A stretch of DNA of 64,000 nucleotides from Candidatus Liptonbacteria bacterium. Lineage in GTDB: Bacteria > Patescibacteriota > Minisyncoccia > UBA6257 > 2-01-FULL-56-20. Shown piece by piece: positions 27,676-37,366 of this stretch. The position numbers and the translations under genes were made by a program. The stretch lies in contig JAHFLJ010000001.1 in NCBI GenBank assembly GCA_023244935.1, positions 13,327 to 77,326 on the forward strand. The letters run 5' to 3'. Within the stretch, counting starts at the first letter, position 1. Each line of letters starts with the position of its first letter. The notes below the pieces were generated by a model, which worked only from the letters and a program-made list of their open reading frames with translations, did no database searches and was not told the origin of the DNA.

Positions 27676-27705
27676 TGAATCAAACTTCTATATACCATAC
27701 GCCGC

Positions 27706-28308
27706 ATGGATACTCTAGTTTTCGACATCGAAACTTCCAACTTTTTTACCGACCCTGAAGTTGGTCGCGACAATTATGAGGCTTTAAAAATCTCCGTTGT
27801 TGGAGTGTATTCCTATAATCAAGATAAATACTTTTGCTACGAAGAATCCGAGATGGAAAAACTAGCCGAACTCTTTAAAGGGGACGTTAGAATCGTTGGC
27901 TTCTCCAGTAATCGCTACGACATTCCGGTACTAAACCTGTATTTCAAAAAGCTAAAAGACAGAGACCAATTAAATCTCTGGGAGAAAGATCGCGTAGACT
28001 TACTTCAAGAAGTAGAACTCGCGACCGGCGGACGCGTGAGTCTTAGCCGTCTAGCCGAAGCAAACCTCGGAGAAAAAAAGACCGGACATGGTTCCGAAGC
28101 AATTGGCTTATTTAAAGAAGGAAGAATTGAAGAGTTAAAAACCTACTGTCTTAAAGATGTAGAGCTGACTAAAAGACTTTATGACCTGTATATAAACAAC
28201 AAAGAATTATTGATCCCCAATAAAACAACCGGAGGAATAGATAAAATTTCCTTTGGTTTCGGCAACCCGGCTACTCCTGCCGATGGAGGAACCGCCACTC
28301 TTTTCTGA
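27706..28308 (+). CDS. RNase H-like (DEDD) exonuclease-domain protein
   Basis: Motifs VFDIET, GFSSNRYDIP and YCLKDV. Confidence 0.85.
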   Translation: MDTLVFDIETSNFFTDPEVGRDNYEALKISVVGVYSYNQDKYFCYEESEMEKLAELFKGDVRIVGFSSNRYDIPVLNLYFKKLKDRDQLNLWEKDRVDLLQEVELATGGRVSLSRLAEANLGEKKTGHGSEAIGLFKEGRIEELKTYCLKDVELTKRLYDLYINNKELLIPNKTTGGIDKISFGFGNPATPADGGTATLF

Positions 28309-28423
28309 ACCCCGCAGTGAATCGGGCGCCATCTTTACATTTATCCCGCCTTAGCGGGATTGTGCCCAATCTACTACAGGGATAAAGTTGGCATCTGCTT
28401 CCGCAAAATGCTAAAATCTAGCT

Positions 28424-29407
28424 ATGCAAAAGCCAATTTTAGTGTCAGGAATTCAACCAACCGGGAGGCTTCATTTAGGAAATTATTTGGGCGCTTTAAA
28501 AAACTTCGTCTCCCTCCAAAACACCAATAAATACGAGTGTTTTTTCTTTATTGCCGATCTTCATTCAATGACCGAAGAATTCACTCCGAAAGAAAAGGCT
28601 AAACAAATCATTGAACTCGCCGCCGATTTCCTTGCCGTGGGACTAAACCCAAAAAAGGCAACCTTATTCGCGCAGTCTGCAATCCCCGCTCACAATGAAC
28701 TTGCTTGGATTTTAAATACCATGACTCCGATGGGCGAACTTCGCCGAATGACTCAATTCAAAGATAAAGGAGGCGATCAAGAAACCGCCAATGTCGGTCT
28801 TTTCACTTACCCGGTGCTAATGGCGGCGGACATAATTCTTTACGATGCAAAATTTGTTCCGGTGGGAGACGATCAACTTCAACACCTTGAACTCGCGCGA
28901 ACCCTGGCGCGAAAGTTCAATTCCAAATTCGGAAAAACATTTACCGAACCACAACCACTCCTAACCCAGACCCCAAGAGTAATGAGCCTAGATGAACCGT
29001 CTAAAAAAATGAGCAAATCTCGACCACCCGGATGCATCTTTATGGACGACTCTCCGGAAGAAATTCACAAAAAAGTTATGCGTGCCACCACTGACTCCGA
29101 ATCTGTAATCCGCTACGATATTCAAACAAAGCCGGGCATCAGCAACCTTCTCCGCATTTATTCCTCGCTGAGCGGAGAGTTGATCCCTGATCTCGAAAAG
29201 AAATTTGCCGGAATGAATTATTCCGAACTAAAAATTGGACTGTCCAATTTAATCTCGAATTATTTTGCAGAATTCCGAAAAAATAAAAAGGAGATTTTAA
29301 AAAATAAAAAAGGAATAATCTCCGCGCTCTCGGCCGGAAATAAAAAGGCTTCTAAGATATCCGCAGAAAAAATAAAAAAGGTTAAAACCAAAATCGGCTT
29401 AATATAA
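28424..29407 (+). CDS. trpS: Tryptophan--tRNA ligase
   Basis: Motifs SGIQPTGRLHLGNY, YPVLMAADI, VPVGDDQ and KMSKS. Confidence 0.97.
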   Translation: MQKPILVSGIQPTGRLHLGNYLGALKNFVSLQNTNKYECFFFIADLHSMTEEFTPKEKAKQIIELAADFLAVGLNPKKATLFAQSAIPAHNELAWILNTMTPMGELRRMTQFKDKGGDQETANVGLFTYPVLMAADIILYDAKFVPVGDDQLQHLELARTLARKFNSKFGKTFTEPQPLLTQTPRVMSLDEPSKKMSKSRPPGCIFMDDSPEEIHKKVMRATTDSESVIRYDIQTKPGISNLLRIYSSLSGELIPDLEKKFAGMNYSELKIGLSNLISNYFAEFRKNKKEILKNKKGIISALSAGNKKASKISAEKIKKVKTKIGLI

Positions 29408-29409
29408 AA

Positions 29410-32400
29410 ATGCCAACAGAAAGAAAAATTGTCGGACAGGACGGACTATCGGAAGGCGAAAAAAAGGAACAAGAACGACAAATTCGCAAAATCAAGCAAG
29501 CTAGAAACTTCGACGAGCTTGCTGATGCCATGTCGGGAACAAAATTTGAAGACAGCATCAAAAATATTAAATTCGCGGGCAAAAGTGTCCGCGCCTTTAT
29601 CGATACGGATGGCCTGCGAAGAGATTATCTCGACCATGCAAACATCCTTCTGACGGAAAATACTGCCTTCCAAATACATATTAAAATGGGAGACCCAGTT
29701 GCTCTTGCAATTCTAAACCAAGGCAGAGAAATTCTTGAAAATGCCAAAAACACCGAAAAGGAGTCTCTCGATCTTCCGGATCCGACCGAAGAACCGGAAT
29801 CGCCCGAAACCTCTCCTATAGACGAAGAAACGGCGCCGGTGCAAGAGCCAATCCCCAATACTAGCGCCCCGGAACCAATAATTTCGGAAGTGGTTGGAGC
29901 CAACCCTCCGTCATCTCGAAGCGCCGAAAAAAGTGACCTGCCAAAAACCCTCGAAGACTACATACGCTTTACCGATAATCTGAGCGGACTCAGCGAGATC
30001 CTATCTGCTTACGGGGAAAAAGAAAACCGAGAAAAAATAACAAACATACTCACTAAGCTAATTTCAGCCGAATCCAAAGCAGAAGAAAGAAAAAATATAG
30101 CCGAAAATATCCAGGAGATTAGAAATCTTTTGTCGGATCTCGATAGCCCGCTGAAAGAAAAAGCTACCGAACTCGTAAAAAACGACCTGGCAAGAATTAT
30201 TGGGATTGATTTAGATGCTCCAGAAACATCCTCCTCTTCTGGAAACAACACAAATGAGAACACCCCTTCCCTGCCGGAAAAAATGAATGAAGATCCGCGT
30301 TTTTTAAGATTAGTGAATGACTTCAGCAAAAAATATTTTTTAGTAGATAACCCTAACTTTTCCAAAGAATTCTCCGGGGCTGTCTCCGTAAATGGACATA
30401 TGATGAGTGCGGACGGAAAAGAAACAAATTTTTTACCGAGTCAGATTATTGGAGTGGAAAGCTATCATACGGCACTCAAGGAAGCAGCAAAAAGATTTAA
30501 AGAATTATACCCGGAAGACTCTCAAGAATATGAAAAACGAAAAGAACCGGAGCTCATAATCTCGGGCATAGCCGGTGCAGCAGCTGAAAACATCTCTGCT
30601 CCTGAAAAGAAAATAACCGCCGAGGAGTTGAAAGAGAAAATAGTAGGGGCAAAATCTCTTGCCGAGCTCGCGGACACGCTAGAAAAACTAGAAGAAATCC
30701 CTACATCCTCCGGAGACTACACAAAAACCATGCCACTTGCCGTTTTATTGCGGGATACTAAAAATTTTGCATACATTGCCCCCGAAGCGATTAAAAGCAA
30801 GGTTGATAATTTTTGGAATCTATATCAAGACCGATTCACAAGGCAGGGAGGACTAAGAGAGAAAGTTTACTCCTTATTATCAGCCATCCTCGAAAACCCA
30901 GAGGCTCACGAAGAATCAAATGGTGCAGAAACTAACGAAATGTCAAAACCCGAGATGCGGTTTACGGGGATAGAAGATTTAAACATCGAAGCGAAAAATA
31001 AACCTATCCGGCCATTTCCGGATGCAGAACAGGCCCCTCCAAGGTTTACAGATATAGAAGAAAGCCCGCTAGATCGCGAAGCGGTTGAGGGCGAAATTGA
31101 ATCAACCATTGAAGAGGTTCTATCCGAACCGGCGACCCTAGAAGCTGCGACCGAAGCAATGTCTCCAGAATCAACTTCCGAAGAAAAACAAAAAATAAAA
31201 GAGGTGTTGAGCTCTCCTGATGCGAAAGAATCACTTATGAAACGGATTAAAAAACAAATGCGCGACCCGGCTTTTTGGCGCGACCTGGCAATCGGAACCG
31301 CGGCAGGAGGCACAACCAGAATGGTGGTCAGAAACTCAATTCGCTTTGCTCTTGGTCCGAACATCTTAGTTGGAATTGCAGCCGGAGGAATAGCCGGAGG
31401 TCTTGGAGCGGGAGTGGTTGAATTAATAAAAGAAAAAAGAATGATGCTCGGAACCGGCGCCTTGGAAAAACTTAAAAACGCTACCGACAACCTCGAAAGG
31501 GCAAAAATCTACGGCGAACTGAAGCGAATCTACGGCGAGAAAAAGATCTCAGGAACCGCGGAAGAAATCGAAGCGATAAACCAGGAGCTAATCCAAACCG
31601 AAACGATTCTAAAAACTGCACTGGAAACAAAGGACTTAGAAGGAAAAGATAAAATTTCGGCAATTCTTAAGATATCGGATGATTCCCGCGAAAGTCTTTC
31701 GAAAGAAGAACGGAAAGAAGTCAAAAAACTACTAAAAGAAATTAAATTTGAACGCGGGCCGGCAGATTGGAAAAAAATCAGCAAGTGCGCAACGAAAGGC
31801 GCCATAATGGGATCCATTGGTGGCGCGCTTGGAGGAGCCTTATCTTCGTGGCTATCCGGCAACTTAAATGGCGGAAACGCAACTGAGAAAGCCCTCGAGA
31901 AGGCTTCAGCGGCAAAAAAGGCAGCTGGGGAACTCTGGAATGAAAGATATGAAGCATGGAAATCAATGAAAGAACCGATATCTCGGGCTCAGGAAGTAGT
32001 ACGCGAGACAACGACATCAACGAGAGACAGTCTTTCCTCGAAATTCTTTGCAGTCACCACCGAGAAAGGTGAAGGCGTAACCCACTTGGCCAGAAAAGCG
32101 ATACATGAATATCTAGCAAATGACACCAAGCTAAATGGGACTCTAGGCAATACAATGAACACCGAAAAACTAGTTTATGCCGAAGACTACCTGCAAAAAC
32201 AACTCACCCCGCTGAATGCGCCGACCCTCCATCCCGGAGATTCATTCCAGATTGAAGGAAATAAAATAGCCGAGGCTCTCGAAAAAGCAGGTGTCTTAAA
32301 CGAAGAGCAAATAAGTTCGGTTGCCAAGGTAATTGAAAGTAATGGGGGCCTATCCGAAGAATCAAAAATGTTTATCTCTAACCCGGGGTTTGGCGTTCTC

Positions 32401-33285
32401 GACCCACAGAATGACTTTGTTGAAGCAATAAGCAAAAATACACCGGTAATATCCGAAGAAATTAACACTAGGATAGCTGAAGGTAGTGCAAAACAAGTAG
32501 CAGAAAATGCAGTTTCTGATATAAAAGAAGATTATGAGTATTTGTCCAAGGTAGAGAAGGGATGGTCTAATAAGCTCGGAAGTAGATTGTTCGAAGCGCA
32601 ACTCATAGATGGCGTTGTATCCTCGGGAATTGCACTGCCCGCAAGCGCGATAGCATTGTTTAGTAACCCGATAGACGAATATGATAGTTATGAAAAACAA
32701 GATCCTCTCGAAAAAGCTAAGGGGCTCGAAGATAAGTATGGTGTGACCCTGGAACATGGCGATGACCAGGAACTCACGAGTGAATCCGTCACAAAACTTG
32801 AGGGAATATTAGAAGAATTATCCGCTCAGTCCGATATTACCGGCCTGACGTTTATACATGCGAGCAATATTGATAGCGGTCTAATAGTAGATGATTATGG
32901 TCAAATTTTGGTTGACGTCGAAAATTATAATGAAGTCAAACCCGGCGCAATCCAAGAAGCGAAAGATAAAACAGCGAAAATGAAAGAACTGGATATTTTT
33001 ATAAGGAGTAAGAAGGCTGAAATTATAAAAATGGCCGGTAAATCTCCGATGTTCGAATTAATAGCGGATGAAAAATTAACAATAGATGAAACAAAAAAAC
33101 AGGCAGAGGCGGTGTTTTCGGCAGTACAAGAAGCTCTGGCTCAAGGAATTAAATTAAAAACAAAAAATATTATTATTTCTGATTACTATGACACAGCTAA
33201 AGGAGGAGCTAAGTTCGGTGTATGGATAAATCAAAACAGCAAAAAAGAAGAAATTGTCGAATTTCTTAAAAAAACATTCGCTTAA
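29410..33285 (+). CDS. Giant acidic hypothetical protein with glycine-zipper hydrophobic segments
   Basis: 1291-aa ORF; segments GIAAGGIAGGLGAG and GAIMGSIGGALGGALS; E/K-rich helical regions. Confidence 0.75.
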   Translation: MPTERKIVGQDGLSEGEKKEQERQIRKIKQARNFDELADAMSGTKFEDSIKNIKFAGKSVRAFIDTDGLRRDYLDHANILLTENTAFQIHIKMGDPVALAILNQGREILENAKNTEKESLDLPDPTEEPESPETSPIDEETAPVQEPIPNTSAPEPIISEVVGANPPSSRSAEKSDLPKTLEDYIRFTDNLSGLSEILSAYGEKENREKITNILTKLISAESKAEERKNIAENIQEIRNLLSDLDSPLKEKATELVKNDLARIIGIDLDAPETSSSSGNNTNENTPSLPEKMNEDPRFLRLVNDFSKKYFLVDNPNFSKEFSGAVSVNGHMMSADGKETNFLPSQIIGVESYHTALKEAAKRFKELYPEDSQEYEKRKEPELIISGIAGAAAENISAPEKKITAEELKEKIVGAKSLAELADTLEKLEEIPTSSGDYTKTMPLAVLLRDTKNFAYIAPEAIKSKVDNFWNLYQDRFTRQGGLREKVYSLLSAILENPEAHEESNGAETNEMSKPEMRFTGIEDLNIEAKNKPIRPFPDAEQAPPRFTDIEESPLDREAVEGEIESTIEEVLSEPATLEAATEAMSPESTSEEKQKIKEVLSSPDAKESLMKRIKKQMRDPAFWRDLAIGTAAGGTTRMVVRNSIRFALGPNILVGIAAGGIAGGLGAGVVELIKEKRMMLGTGALEKLKNATDNLERAKIYGELKRIYGEKKISGTAEEIEAINQELIQTETILKTALETKDLEGKDKISAILKISDDSRESLSKEERKEVKKLLKEIKFERGPADWKKISKCATKGAIMGSIGGALGGALSSWLSGNLNGGNATEKALEKASAAKKAAGELWNERYEAWKSMKEPISRAQEVVRETTTSTRDSLSSKFFAVTTEKGEGVTHLARKAIHEYLANDTKLNGTLGNTMNTEKLVYAEDYLQKQLTPLNAPTLHPGDSFQIEGNKIAEALEKAGVLNEEQISSVAKVIESNGGLSEESKMFISNPGFGVLDPQNDFVEAISKNTPVISEEINTRIAEGSAKQVAENAVSDIKEDYEYLSKVEKGWSNKLGSRLFEAQLIDGVVSSGIALPASAIALFSNPIDEYDSYEKQDPLEKAKGLEDKYGVTLEHGDDQELTSESVTKLEGILEELSAQSDITGLTFIHASNIDSGLIVDDYGQILVDVENYNEVKPGAIQEAKDKTAKMKELDIFIRSKKAEIIKMAGKSPMFELIADEKLTIDETKKQAEAVFSAVQEALAQGIKLKTKNIIISDYYDTAKGGAKFGVWINQNSKKEEIVEFLKKTFA

Positions 33286-33288
33286 CAA

Positions 33289-33606
33289 ATGAACGAAATA
33301 GAAACAATAATCAAAAAAAATCGAGAAGGGCTCCTGTCTCTCTTGGGGATTGAGAACCTAAAAGAAGAAGAAAAAGAAGCTACGGCCAATCAACTCTTCG
33401 AACACTTTAATAAAATAATTATTGAAACCTCGATATCCGCACTAAACGACGTGCAGGTGAAAGAATTCACTCGGTTAATGACTGCCGGACTACCCGAAGA
33501 AGGGATGGAAAAAATATTTGCCGAAACTCCGGGGCTTAAAGAAAAAATTCAAAACGCGTTAAGCCGAGAAGCAGAAACAATAAAGATTGCCTATAACAGT
33601 AAATAA
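33289..33606 (+). CDS. Small helical hypothetical protein
   Basis: 105 aa, starts 3 nt after the giant ORF and is followed by a terminator. Confidence 0.7.
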   Translation: MNEIETIIKKNREGLLSLLGIENLKEEEKEATANQLFEHFNKIIIETSISALNDVQVKEFTRLMTAGLPEEGMEKIFAETPGLKEKIQNALSREAETIKIAYNSK

Positions 33607-33607
33607 A

Positions 33608-33650
33608 GATTAATCAAAAACCCCGCTACTTGCGGGGTTTTTGATTAATC
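33608..33650. terminator. Bidirectional intrinsic terminator
   Basis: GATTAATCAAAAACCCCGC-tactt-GCGGGGTTTTTGATTAATC between convergent genes. Confidence 0.85.
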
Positions 33651-33681
33651 CTATCCCCAAATAATTCGAGAACACTCTTCT

Positions 33682-36600
33682 CTAGCTTTTTCGTATTGCC
33701 AGCCAAATCACGCCATCATCAACTTTGATCTCGGTTTCAGTTAAGAATTTAGGCTCTTTTTTGAATATTATTTTTGTCGCCCCGGTCTCCTTCAATATGA
33801 ACTTCTGCCACCTCTCTAGAATTCCGGATGTCATCGGTGTCGAGGCAATCATAAGCAAAACCTTGTTCGAAGGCTTCAGCTCGGCTTTTTGTCTTAACTC
33901 CGAGACTCCCCGAATTAGTTCGCGAACCAAGCCTTCTTCTCGAAGCTCATCGGATATCTCTTTATTCAATTCAACTTTTTCACCTATCTCCTTTTTCAAG
34001 GAAATAGCTTTTACATTAACTTCATCCATAATAATCGACATCAGCTCTTCATATTTGGAAAGTAATTTATATGCGTTCTCTCCCAAATATAAATCTGCTA
34101 AAGGCTGCCTGACTTTCAAGGCGGAGCTAGCTCTTTCGGCAAGCGCCAAACTGGAAACATTCCTCGCCTGTTCCATGGCCGAAACAAATTCCAATTCTTT
34201 AGAAGTTATAGGTTTAAATTTATCCCAATCCGCCAAGTGAACCGAGGATTCCAATTTTATTCCTGAATATTTTTTAACGGCTCCAAATATTGCTTCGGAA
34301 AAGAACGGGATAAACGGCGCGGATAATTTTGTAAGTGAAATCAAAACTTTTTCCAATGTTGCCGACGCCTCCAAATATTCTTGCTTAGTTTCCGGCTTCT
34401 GCAGTCTTCTTCGAGATCTGCGAATATACCATCTGGAAAGGTCATCAACAAATGCTTCGAGCGCCAAAGCGGCTTCACGCACATCATACTTCTCCATATT
34501 TTCACTAACCGAATTCCCGGTCTGAGACAACCGCATCAAAATCCACTTATCCAAAACATTCTTGGATTGTTTTACCGATCGCGAGGCCCCGCCTTTTGCA
34601 TAGGTGCGATAGAAAACAAAGGAATTGTAATACAATAAGTGAAATTTCCTGTATACCTTAAGCAATTCCGCCTCGTCAAAATTTTTTGACTCCCCCGGCG
34701 GATTAACCACGTAAAAATACCATCTAATTGCATCCATCCCATACTTGTCCGCCAGCGCCCAAGGATCAACGATATTCCCTTTGGATTTACTCATCTTTAC
34801 TCCGTTCTTGTCGTTAATTAATCCCAAACAGATTACGTTTCGATATGGCGCCTCGTGCCCAAGCAGAGTTGAAGTTGCCAACATGGTATAGAACCATCCC
34901 CTGGTCTGATCCATTGCCTCGGAAATATAATCCGCCGGAAACTCCAATTTTTTCATCAGTTTGTTCGCGTCGGTGAGTGAAACGTTTTTACCGCCGGAAT
35001 ACTTAAACGGAAAATGATTTTGCGCATACGGCATGGCCCCCGAGTCAAACCAAACATCTGCCACCTCTTTCACTCGATTCGCTCGCCCTCCGCACTTATC
35101 GCACTTTAGAATAATTTCGTCGACGTAAGGTTTGTGCAAGTCCAACTCGCCTGAACGATTTATCGGCAATGAATAAAACTTTTCTTTCCTGATTTCTCCA
35201 AATCCATATTCTTTCGCGGTTACAAATTGTTTTATCGGCAAACCGTTCATCCCCAGGCTCAAAGTTAAAAGCGGGTCTCCGTGACTAACAATAACAATTT
35301 TTTGGTCCTTGTGCCGTGAATTTATTTCTTTAATAAATTCCATCATTCGTCGCGAAACATCAAAGACGCTTTCTCCTCCGGGAGGAGTTTTCGTAAGCCT
35401 CTCCTCTCCTTGTCCATGAAATTCCCGATACTCTTTTATCGGACGCCAGTTAAACACGCCGGTGTTTATTTCAGTCAACCGATTATCAAAGATTATTTCT
35501 GCGCCGGTTGCCGAACTTATTTCTCGAGCCAACTGCGAAGTCCTGGTCATCGGCGATGCGTAAATTACATCTATTTTCTCTTTATTCAATTTGCCTGCGG
35601 TTTTTTTAGCTTGTAACTCTCCTCTCTTGGTTAGAGGCGCGATATTCTTGCCGACCTCTATCCCGCTAGCAACAAATCCACCGACATTACTTTCCGCTTC
35701 GGTGTGACGCACCAAATAAAACGAATTCTTATAATAATCATTTTCTTTTATCTCGCTAACCGCTCCAATAACTTTTATCGCCGAGCAATCACCGCACCGC
35801 CAAATCGGGAGCGGAGTTCCCCAATATCGCTCACGAGAAATATTCCAATCTTTTGCCTCTTTCAGCCACTCGCCAAACCGCCCTTCTTTAATATGCTCCG
35901 GCACCCAAGCTATTTTTTCATTCTCCGCGGAAAGCTTACTTCGCAAACGACTAACCTCCAAAAACCAAGAACGGCGCGCGAAATATATTAGAGGAGAACC
36001 ACACCTCCAACAAAATGGATATTCGTGCTCGATTTTTCCGGAAGAGAACATCAACCCACGATTAACTAAATCCGCAGAGATATCCGCATCAGCTTCCTTA
36101 ATAAACTTTCCCTCCCCGGGAAGTCCGGCAATCACTTTTCCCTCATCGTTGATTGTTGTGAGTAATTCAATATCCGGATAATGCTCAGCAACCAACTGGA
36201 AATCCTCTTCTCCAAACGCCGGCGCAATATGAACAAACCCGGTTCCGTCTTCAGTGGAAATAAACCCTGCCGGCAAAACTTTAAACATTTTTTGGACATC
36301 TTGTCCGGCGACTTCAAATAGGGGCTTATATGAAAGACCTACCAATTTACTTCCGGAAATTTTTTCCACCGCCTCGGCAAAAATTTCTTTTCCGTTTTTA
36401 TCTTGAGTTGTCGGCGGAACACTATATGACCAAATATAGTCTCCTCCTACTTTATATTTTGTGTAAGTCAAATCCGCGCCAACCGCCACGAACATATTCG
36501 AAGGCAACGTCCACGGAGTTGTCGTCCAAATTAAAATGTATTCATTCTTATGCCCGGCATCCAAAACCTTCAACTTCACATAAACCGAAGGATCCGGAAC

Positions 36601-37203
36601 TTTTTTATAAACTCCCGGCTGAGCAATCTCGTGACTTGCCAGAGCCGTCTGACAACGAGAGCAATATGGAATAACCTTTCGCTTCTCTTTCAAAAATCCC
36701 CTATCGGCAATTGCCTTAAAAACCCACCACAAACTTTCGATGTAACTATTTTCATAGGTTACATACGGGTTCTTCATATCTAGCCAATATCCCATTCTTT
36801 CGGTTAATCTCTCCCACTCATCTTTGTATTTCCAGACAGACTCTTTTGCTTTTTCGTTAAACAAATTAATCCCGAACTTTTCCAAATCCCGCTTATTTTT
36901 TATTCCCAATTCTTTCTCTATTCCTACTTCAACTGGGAGGCCATGAGTATCCCAACCGGCGCGTCGCGGGACATAAAACCCGCGCATAGTTTTGTAGCGC
37001 AGAATTATGTCCTTAAAAGACCTAGCTAAAACGTGGTGAATTCCCGGTTGCCCGTTGGCTGTCGGCGGACCTTCATAAAAAACAAATTCTTTTTTGCCCT
37101 TTCGCTTCGATAAACTTTTCTCGAAAATTTTGTCTCGTTTCCAGAATTCTAAAACCTTTTTTTCAACTTCGGGTAGGCTAAATTCGGTGTTTTCGTTAAG
37201 CAT
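33682..37203 (-). CDS. ileS: Isoleucine--tRNA ligase with an inserted histidine-phosphatase domain
   Basis: Motifs EGPPTANG.PGIHH, GWDTHGLP, WTTTPWT, SRERYWG, WFDSG, DQTRGWF and KMSKS. Insert runs LVRHTE...SPMTR...SHGD. Confidence 0.95.
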   Translation of the reverse strand: MLNENTEFSLPEVEKKVLEFWKRDKIFEKSLSKRKGKKEFVFYEGPPTANGQPGIHHVLARSFKDIILRYKTMRGFYVPRRAGWDTHGLPVEVGIEKELGIKNKRDLEKFGINLFNEKAKESVWKYKDEWERLTERMGYWLDMKNPYVTYENSYIESLWWVFKAIADRGFLKEKRKVIPYCSRCQTALASHEIAQPGVYKKVPDPSVYVKLKVLDAGHKNEYILIWTTTPWTLPSNMFVAVGADLTYTKYKVGGDYIWSYSVPPTTQDKNGKEIFAEAVEKISGSKLVGLSYKPLFEVAGQDVQKMFKVLPAGFISTEDGTGFVHIAPAFGEEDFQLVAEHYPDIELLTTINDEGKVIAGLPGEGKFIKEADADISADLVNRGLMFSSGKIEHEYPFCWRCGSPLIYFARRSWFLEVSRLRSKLSAENEKIAWVPEHIKEGRFGEWLKEAKDWNISRERYWGTPLPIWRCGDCSAIKVIGAVSEIKENDYYKNSFYLVRHTEAESNVGGFVASGIEVGKNIAPLTKRGELQAKKTAGKLNKEKIDVIYASPMTRTSQLAREISSATGAEIIFDNRLTEINTGVFNWRPIKEYREFHGQGEERLTKTPPGGESVFDVSRRMMEFIKEINSRHKDQKIVIVSHGDPLLTLSLGMNGLPIKQFVTAKEYGFGEIRKEKFYSLPINRSGELDLHKPYVDEIILKCDKCGGRANRVKEVADVWFDSGAMPYAQNHFPFKYSGGKNVSLTDANKLMKKLEFPADYISEAMDQTRGWFYTMLATSTLLGHEAPYRNVICLGLINDKNGVKMSKSKGNIVDPWALADKYGMDAIRWYFYVVNPPGESKNFDEAELLKVYRKFHLLYYNSFVFYRTYAKGGASRSVKQSKNVLDKWILMRLSQTGNSVSENMEKYDVREAALALEAFVDDLSRWYIRRSRRRLQKPETKQEYLEASATLEKVLISLTKLSAPFIPFFSEAIFGAVKKYSGIKLESSVHLADWDKFKPITSKELEFVSAMEQARNVSSLALAERASSALKVRQPLADLYLGENAYKLLSKYEELMSIIMDEVNVKAISLKKEIGEKVELNKEISDELREEGLVRELIRGVSELRQKAELKPSNKVLLMIASTPMTSGILERWQKFILKETGATKIIFKKEPKFLTETEIKVDDGVIWLAIRKS

Positions 37204-37366
37204 ATTTTTGTAGTTAAATGATATCTAAAACCCCACCGCTCTGCAACGTGGTCGCGGGAACTCGCCAACTATCGCTTATAACTAATGGCTAGTAACTAAT
37301 ATTACAAAATTCCCGCCTTTGGTTATCGGTGATAAGTTATTAGTGGTATTCCATGCACTCCGCGTC

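Noticed and set aside
37205-37365. T-box leader for ileS (or for argS and trpS)
   Set aside because: No GGTGGNACC antiterminator motif or specifier stem is visible, and trpS and argS look leaderless.
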